From contig JBKHVI010000003.1 of assembly GCA_046570105.1 (NCBI GenBank), forward strand, positions 1 to 64,000: a stretch of DNA of 64,000 nucleotides, in the 5' to 3' direction. Source of the DNA: Bacteriovoracia bacterium (GTDB taxonomy: Bacteria; Bdellovibrionota; Bacteriovoracia; Bacteriovoracales; Bacteriovoracaceae). A program made the position numbers and the translations under genes. This document shows positions 58,123 through 64,000 of the stretch, piece by piece. Below the pieces are notes generated by a model. It did not search any database. It was not told the origin of the DNA and saw only the letters and a list, made by a program, of their open reading frames with translations. Position 1 is the first letter of the stretch, and the number at the start of each line of letters is the position of its first letter.

Positions 58123-59843
58123 GATAGGAATGACTCGAGATTTTTCGGAAGGCCCTTAGGGATCGCTCCCAAAAGAGTCTTGGTGTATTCTTCGCGAGGT
58201 TGGCGATAGATACGATCGGCATTACCCATCTCAACCAAACGACCACCGTTCATCACGCCCACTTCATCAGAAATGAAATTCACCACACCGAGATCGTGAG
58301 AGATGAAAATATATGTGAGCTTGAACTCTTGCTGAAGATCCAAAAGAAGATTCAACACTTGCGCCTGAATCGACACATCAAGAGCAGAAACTGACTCATC
58401 ACAGATAACAAATTCCGGACGAAGCATCAGGGCACGAGCAATACAGATACGCTGACGTTGACCACCTGAGAACTCATGAGGATAACGATTAAGTTGGTTG
58501 GCCTTAAGACCCACTTTCTCCATCAACTCTTTCGCTGCTGAGAGGCGCTCTGATTTTCCACCACCCAAACCGTGAACCACCAAGGGCTCAGTCAAAATCT
58601 CACCCACTGTCATACGAGGATTGAGCGATGAGTAAGGATCTTGGAAAATGATTTGCATCTTACGACGCAACAAACGCATTTCTTCATGCGTCGCTTTAGT
58701 AATATCTTTGCCGTCATAAACGATGCTGCCAGAAGTTGGCTCCACCAGACGAAGAATGGTGCGACCCAAAGTTGTTTTTCCACAACCTGACTCACCCACG
58801 AGACCCAAAGTCTTGCCGCGCTTTAATTGGAAGCTGACTCCGTTAACCGCCTTCACTTCGCCCACCTGACGACCTAAGAGGCCACCCTTAATAGGGAAAT
58901 GCGTGTGAATATCTTTAACTTCTAAAAGAATTGGATTGTTGTTTTTGGCTTCGTAGTCTTTTTCGAACACCTGAACGCGCTCACGAGTCACTTTAAGACC
59001 GTTGCCTTCTTCATCCATAAAATCACTAACAGTCAAAAGACGCTTAGGATTGGCCCCAAGATCCGGACGGCAAGCGATTAGGCCCTTTGTGTAAGGATGA
59101 TGAGAGCTCTCAAAGATAGAGCGAGTTTTATCTTTCTCCACCATTTTTGAGCGATACATCACAACCACATCATCCGCGATATCAGCGATAACGCCGAGAT
59201 CGTGAGTAATGAAGAGCATGCTCATTTTGTGTTTTTCTTGCAGGTTTTTGAGAAGCTCAAGCACTTGCTTTTGAATGGTCACATCCAAAGCAGTCGTTGG
59301 CTCATCACAAATCAAAAGTTTTGGATCACAGGCGATCGCCATGGCAATCATCACGCGTTGTTTTTGACCGCCACTCATTTCATGAGGGTAAGCCATCACT
59401 TTTTGAGATGGATTAGGAATTCCGACTTCATTGAAGAGATCGATGGCTTTTTCCCAAGCGACTTTTTTATTCATCCCACGGTGAAGCATAAGAGTTTCTG
59501 CCACTTGAGCACCTGTTCTAAAAACTGGATTCAAGCTGGTCATCGGCTCTTGGAAAATCATGGCGATTTTATCACCACGGATTTTTCTCATAGCATCGTC
59601 TGAGAGATTGAGAAGATTAGTGCCATCAAACAGGATCTCGCCACTGATACGCGCTGGTGGCTGGGGCAAGAGGCGCATGACTGCAAGCGAGGTCACACTC
59701 TTTCCAGAGCCCGACTCTCCCACGATCCCCACGGTTTTACCCATCGGAACGTCGAAACTTATATTATCAACTGCACGCATCTGATTATCAGGCGTGATGA
59801 AGTCAACAGTGAGGTTCTTAATCGATAGTAAAGGACGGTCCAT
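58119..59843 (-). CDS. Oligopeptide ABC transporter, fused double ATPase (OppD/F)
   Basis: Two GESG[SC]GK Walker A motifs and two YPHE.SGGQ.QR signatures. Confidence 0.95.
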   Translation of the reverse strand: MDRPLLSIKNLTVDFITPDNQMRAVDNISFDVPMGKTVGIVGESGSGKSVTSLAVMRLLPQPPARISGEILFDGTNLLNLSDDAMRKIRGDKIAMIFQEPMTSLNPVFRTGAQVAETLMLHRGMNKKVAWEKAIDLFNEVGIPNPSQKVMAYPHEMSGGQKQRVMIAMAIACDPKLLICDEPTTALDVTIQKQVLELLKNLQEKHKMSMLFITHDLGVIADIADDVVVMYRSKMVEKDKTRSIFESSHHPYTKGLIACRPDLGANPKRLLTVSDFMDEEGNGLKVTRERVQVFEKDYEAKNNNPILLEVKDIHTHFPIKGGLLGRQVGEVKAVNGVSFQLKRGKTLGLVGESGCGKTTLGRTILRLVEPTSGSIVYDGKDITKATHEEMRLLRRKMQIIFQDPYSSLNPRMTVGEILTEPLVVHGLGGGKSERLSAAKELMEKVGLKANQLNRYPHEFSGGQRQRICIARALMLRPEFVICDESVSALDVSIQAQVLNLLLDLQQEFKLTYIFISHDLGVVNFISDEVGVMNGGRLVEMGNADRIYRQPREEYTKTLLGAIPKGLPKNLESFLS

Positions 59844-59844
59844 G

Positions 59845-60705
59845 TCACTTCCCTTTGAGTTTCGGATCAAGGGCATCGCGTAGAGCGTCCCCTAGAATGT
59901 TAAAGGCCAAAACAACTACAAACATCGCCGCCGTTGCACCGGCGAGCTGCCACCAAACTCCGCGTGCGAGTTCCATACGAGCATCATCAATCATGGTGCC
60001 CCAGCTTGGCTCACCCTGAACGCCCAAACCTAAATACGAAAGAATGACTTCCGACTTAATCGCAGTTTGGAATTGCAAACTGGTGTTAATAATCACCAAG
60101 TGAGTGACGTTAGGAAGAATGTGAATAAAGAGCTTACGGAAGTGACCGCCGCCAATAGCATCGGCCGCTTGGACATACTCGCGCTCTTTGTGCTTCATAA
60201 CTTCACCACGAATCAAGCGCGCCAGCCCCACCCAACCAGTCATCCCGAGAGCGAGATAGACTGAAGTAAGACCTTTACCCAGGATCAAAGTGATCGAGAT
60301 CAAAAGCATGATATTGGGAATTGAAGAAAATGTTGTAATGAACCAAGTGATAAGATCATCGACCACACCACCGAAGTAGCCCGCCACAGCGCCAAGACAA
60401 ACACCAATAGGAATCGCAATAAGAGAAGTCACAAGACCCACACTCATAGCAATCTTCGTTCCGTGAATAACCTTAGCTAAAACATCACGGCCGAAAAGAT
60501 CTGTTCCGAACCAAAACTGACCACTCGGTGGTAAGTACTCTACGCCTTGGCTGGAATGCCAATCTGGAACACCAATACCGAATGTTGCTAAGACAGCAAC
60601 GAGAGCATAGGTAACCACTATTACGAGAGAGATGAGTGCCCAACGATCTTTTACCAATCGGCTAAAAGCATCGGCCCACAGTGATTTTGTGTCTTGTCCT
60701 TGCAT
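59845..60705 (-). CDS. Oligopeptide ABC permease (OppC/DppC)
   Basis: FGTD..GRD, EYVQAA.A.G, LSYLGLG and [10 protein letters not shown] motifs. Confidence 0.95.
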   Translation of the reverse strand: MQGQDTKSLWADAFSRLVKDRWALISLVIVVTYALVAVLATFGIGVPDWHSSQGVEYLPPSGQFWFGTDLFGRDVLAKVIHGTKIAMSVGLVTSLIAIPIGVCLGAVAGYFGGVVDDLITWFITTFSSIPNIMLLISITLILGKGLTSVYLALGMTGWVGLARLIRGEVMKHKEREYVQAADAIGGGHFRKLFIHILPNVTHLVIINTSLQFQTAIKSEVILSYLGLGVQGEPSWGTMIDDARMELARGVWWQLAGATAAMFVVVLAFNILGDALRDALDPKLKGK

Positions 60706-60712
60706 GATATTC

Positions 60713-61648
60713 CTACTTCAACTTTACGCGTGGATCAGCGAGTGTATAGAGCACATCAGTTAACAGTGAGAAAAGGATATAGGCGACTGATGAAAGTACC
60801 GCCATCGCTTTAATCACCGGGAAATCTGACGAGTTCAGAGCGTTAAGAGTAATTCCACCAAGACCTGGGATTGAGAAAAAACTCTCCAAGAGGAGCGCAC
60901 CCAAAATCAAAAACGGAATTTGAATCACAACATAAGTAATAATCGGAATCATGGCGTTGCGAAGAACGTGCTTTAACAACACCGTCACTTCTCCAAGACC
61001 TTTGGCGCGAGCCGTACGAACATAGTCCTGATAGATCTCGTCCAAGATCACCGTACGGAAGAATCGCACATCAGGGCCTAAGCTCAAGACAATCCAGATA
61101 ATCCCCGGAAGCGCGACATAACTAAAGAAGATAGGAAACTCCGGCTCATAGCCGCTAATTTCAAACCATCCCATTTTGTAAGCAAAGAAATATTGAAAGA
61201 ACAAAATATAAGCCACTGAAGAAATCGACATACCGGCGATACAGAGGAAGCGAATAAATAAGTCGATTCCTTTGCCACGGTAGAATGCCACCACGAGGGA
61301 GAGCAAAATCGACAGTACTGTTGAGATAGCAAAAGCAGGAATAGTAAGAGTTAATGAAGGCCAAGCTCCCTGGCGGATCATCTCAAAAATATCTTGGCGA
61401 GTCGCCCACGAACGACCGAAGTCGAGCGTGAAAGAACTTTTCACAACATCTAGATATTGCGCAAACAGTGGTTTATTCAAACCAAGTTGTTCGCGAAGCT
61501 CATGAATCTGTTGAACTGTCGCATGTTTGCCCAAAAGCAGCGGGGCCGGATCACCTGCCACCACGTTGAACAAGACAAAGATAATAAAGCTCACCCCGAA
61601 GATTACGGGGATGAGATATAAGAGCCTACGGAGGATGTAATTCGTCAT
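60713..61648 (-). CDS. Oligopeptide ABC permease (OppB/DppB)
   Basis: YILRRL, DYVRTARAKGL, H.LRNA.IP and D.LY..ADPR motifs. Confidence 0.95.
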   Translation of the reverse strand: MTNYILRRLLYLIPVIFGVSFIIFVLFNVVAGDPAPLLLGKHATVQQIHELREQLGLNKPLFAQYLDVVKSSFTLDFGRSWATRQDIFEMIRQGAWPSLTLTIPAFAISTVLSILLSLVVAFYRGKGIDLFIRFLCIAGMSISSVAYILFFQYFFAYKMGWFEISGYEPEFPIFFSYVALPGIIWIVLSLGPDVRFFRTVILDEIYQDYVRTARAKGLGEVTVLLKHVLRNAMIPIITYVVIQIPFLILGALLLESFFSIPGLGGITLNALNSSDFPVIKAMAVLSSVAYILFSLLTDVLYTLADPRVKLK

Positions 61649-61660
61649 CCTGATCCTTCT

Positions 61661-63421
61661 TTAGAACTTCTTCAGTAATTCTTTTTTAGCTTCCAAATCA
61701 ACATTCAAATACTGAGGTTGAGAGTTATCGAACTCAGTGTACTTGTAGTTTTTCATCCAGCCGTGAGACACAGAAACTGTTGTACGGTGAAGACCATAAA
61801 TCCATGGAACATCATCGCCTACCATTTCATAAAGCTTCTCATAGAGAGCGGTACGCTCAGGGCCGTCTTGCATAATCGCTGCTTGAGCAAAAATTTTATC
61901 AAACGCCGCATTCTTGTAGTTTGAAGAGTTCGAACCTGGAGCTCCGTTTGGACCGTACATCAAACCAAGGAAGTTTTCTGCATCTGGATAGTCCGCGCCC
62001 CACGCCATACCAAACAACTGAGCTGTTTTAGTATTCGTCTTCTTCACGAGTTCAGGCCAGGTGTTGGTGCTGATTTTGATTTTGACACCAATCGCAGTCA
62101 TATACTTAGCGAAAGCTTCTGCCATCTGACGAGAAACCGTTGAACCAAGTGTTTCGTAAGTAAGTTCTGGAAGACCTTTGCCTTCTGGGTAACCAGCTTC
62201 AGCAAGAAGTTTTTTGGCGAGTTCAATATTACGACCGACGTAAGGATTTTTGTAATCCTTCTTGTGGCCAGCAATACCCGGTGGAACGACTGAGTGAGCG
62301 ACTTTACCAGTATTGTTATAGAACAACTTGTTCGACTCTTCATGATCGTAGGCCAGAGACATCGCTTGGCGAAGTTTCAAATTATTTTTGAAGAGAGGAT
62401 CTTCGTGGTTAAACGCTACATAAGTTACGTCAAGAGCAGGAACCATAGAAAGACGAATACCTTTCTTTTCCATGTCTGGAGCAAGCTTGCCGTTAACAAT
62501 CGCTTGATCGAAGTTATCTTTTGGAATGCTCATCAAATCCGCAGCACCCTTCTGGAAGTTCAACCATTGAGGTTGAGACTCGATGATAATGTTCACGATG
62601 ATCTTATCAACCAAAGGAAGCTTCTTGCCGGCATCAGCGAGTAAACCCAATGCCTCATCTCCTTCCTCGCCTTCTGTCGGATAGAATTTGTCGCGGAAAG
62701 TTGGGTTGCGAGTGTAAACGATACGGTTTGAGTTATCGAAGTAAGGAAGAATGAACGGGCCTGTTCCAACCGGATTGTTTTGGAATTCTTGGCCAAAAGT
62801 TTCCACAGCTTCTTTCGCAACGACGAAAGTGAAAGGCATCGCTAAAGCGTAAAGGAACTGAGGGAAAGGCTTCACCAATTTAAATTGAACAGTGTAGTCG
62901 TCAATTTTCTTGAGGCCTTCGATCGCATCGTCGTAGTTCACTTTATCAGCAGAAGCATATTTATCGCGCCATTCATTGAGGCCTGCGATTTTACCATCCA
63001 TCAACCACCAGCCTGTCGACTGAAGTTTTGGATCGGCTAAACGACGAAGTGAATAAACCACATCATCAGCTTTCATCTCGCGGCCTTTGCCATTCGGGAA
63101 AGCTTTACTGTCGTGGAAAACCACGCCCTTTCTTAATTTAAAAGTATAAGTAAGACCGTCTTTAGAAACTTCCGGCAAACTTTCTGCAAGATTTGGTGTG
63201 AGTTCATAAGGACGCTTGAGATAGTGGAACTCCAATAGACCTTCGTAAATTTTACTAATTTCACGAGAGGCATAGAGATCGGCTGCGAAGATAGGATCAA
63301 AGCCTTTGATTTTTGCCGTACCAACTTGGTTGAGTACTTTTTCATCAAAGTTTTGTTCGCGTGTGCAACCAATCATGGTTAGGGCGAAAGCAAGAACACT
63401 AATTAATAAACGCATGGACAT
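61661..63421 (-). CDS. Oligopeptide ABC substrate-binding lipoprotein (OppA/DppA family 5)
   Basis: Lipobox MIGC; P.LAE, YTFKLRKGV.FHD, PVGTGPF, RQA and W.ADYPD motifs. Confidence 0.95.
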   Translation of the reverse strand: MSMRLLISVLAFALTMIGCTREQNFDEKVLNQVGTAKIKGFDPIFAADLYASREISKIYEGLLEFHYLKRPYELTPNLAESLPEVSKDGLTYTFKLRKGVVFHDSKAFPNGKGREMKADDVVYSLRRLADPKLQSTGWWLMDGKIAGLNEWRDKYASADKVNYDDAIEGLKKIDDYTVQFKLVKPFPQFLYALAMPFTFVVAKEAVETFGQEFQNNPVGTGPFILPYFDNSNRIVYTRNPTFRDKFYPTEGEEGDEALGLLADAGKKLPLVDKIIVNIIIESQPQWLNFQKGAADLMSIPKDNFDQAIVNGKLAPDMEKKGIRLSMVPALDVTYVAFNHEDPLFKNNLKLRQAMSLAYDHEESNKLFYNNTGKVAHSVVPPGIAGHKKDYKNPYVGRNIELAKKLLAEAGYPEGKGLPELTYETLGSTVSRQMAEAFAKYMTAIGVKIKISTNTWPELVKKTNTKTAQLFGMAWGADYPDAENFLGLMYGPNGAPGSNSSNYKNAAFDKIFAQAAIMQDGPERTALYEKLYEMVGDDVPWIYGLHRTTVSVSHGWMKNYKYTEFDNSQPQYLNVDLEAKKELLKKF

Positions 63422-63553
63422 AGTCCGCTCCTCTCAAGGTTACGAATTGATCGTATTGAAATCGCTCTATTTTATGAGCTGTTGTGCTAACTGACTATAA
63501 AAAGAACGACATCGCGACAAGAGGTGCAGTTTGGCACTCTGAGCTATTGAGGC

Positions 63554-64000
63554 TTAGCGAAAAAAGAACTCTTGGCGCATTTCAACAAACTGCTTTGACT
63601 CGCTTTCTCGAATGATCTCGAGAGTGACGCGTTTGAAATTTTGGTCTGTAAGATTTTTAAACACGACGCGCATAAGCCACTTGGGACGTAAAATAAATTC
63701 ACCTGTGAACTCTTCTTTGCGCTCATTCCATGTCCAAGAAGAGTTCAACTTATCCCACCGACAGGCCCATTGGTGCGTTGATACTGCGTCGCAGCTTCGA
63801 ATTAGGCCCCACTTTTCAGCGTTCGACCAGCGCAAGATATGGTGAAGGTGGTAAACAAAATCTTGGCCGAGTTGGGGATAATGCAACTTTCTTTCTGCCG
63901 AAGCGGCTCGAAGTGATTGCACCACTCTCCAGCGAAAATCATCCGCCGCAGGTACGACTTCAGCTTGGGGTTTATCCAGACCCGGAAAACTAAAAACCTC
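63554..64000 (-). CDS. Hypothetical protein, C-terminal part (frame open to the window edge)
   Basis: The 63554-63925 ORF frame has no stop up to 64000 (EVFSFPGLDKPQ…). Confidence 0.6.
   Translation of the reverse strand, partial: EVFSFPGLDKPQAEVVPAADDFRWRVVQSLRAASAERKLHYPQLGQDFVYHLHHILRWSNAEKWGLIRSCDAVSTHQWACRWDKLNSSWTWNERKEEFTGEFILRPKWLMRVVFKNLTDQNFKRVTLEIIRESESKQFVEMRQEFFFR

Noticed and set aside
1645..63993. Numerous 60-150 aa antisense or alternative-frame ORFs in the track
   Set aside because: They lie within well-supported genes and show no motifs or RBS.

Overview
Compact bacterial chromosomal window, with many genes abutting or overlapping at their 3' ends. Gene content suggests a predatory Bdellovibrionota/Bacteriovoracia-type organism: many secreted hypothetical proteins, an RGLAS-motif small protein, RapA, and sigma28-like promoters. 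This assignment is inference only. 1-36 kb is mostly housekeeping and secreted hypotheticals: lysC, bfd-bfr, yjbQ, dus, an ATP-grasp/7TM-transglutaminase/protease triad, ALDH plus an FAD oxidase, greB, lexA, rapA, dksA, yciO, trmH and csaA. The standout is a ~15.6 kb block (36.3-51.9 kb) directly downstream of tRNA-Leu(TAG). It combines a tetraether-synthase (Tes/GDGT-MAS)-like radical SAM enzyme and a B12-binding radical SAM enzyme with a dedicated type II FAS/PKS set (extended ACP, KS plus Cys-less KS, FabZ, three FabG-like SDRs, FabI). It also carries an MMPL exporter, an HxxxDG acyltransferase, a flippase-like protein, a 2OG-Fe(II) oxygenase and a flavoprotein. Together these form a candidate pathway for an unusual C-C cross-linked or cyclised lipid. 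Around lexA there is a tandem TTACGG-N5-TTACGG candidate operator, a 124-bp MITE and a second inverted-repeat element. The right end carries a coiled-coil protein, a degenerate HD-GYP protein, a sodium:solute symporter and an opp/dpp ABC operon. All calls come from reading motifs by eye; no database searches were run.
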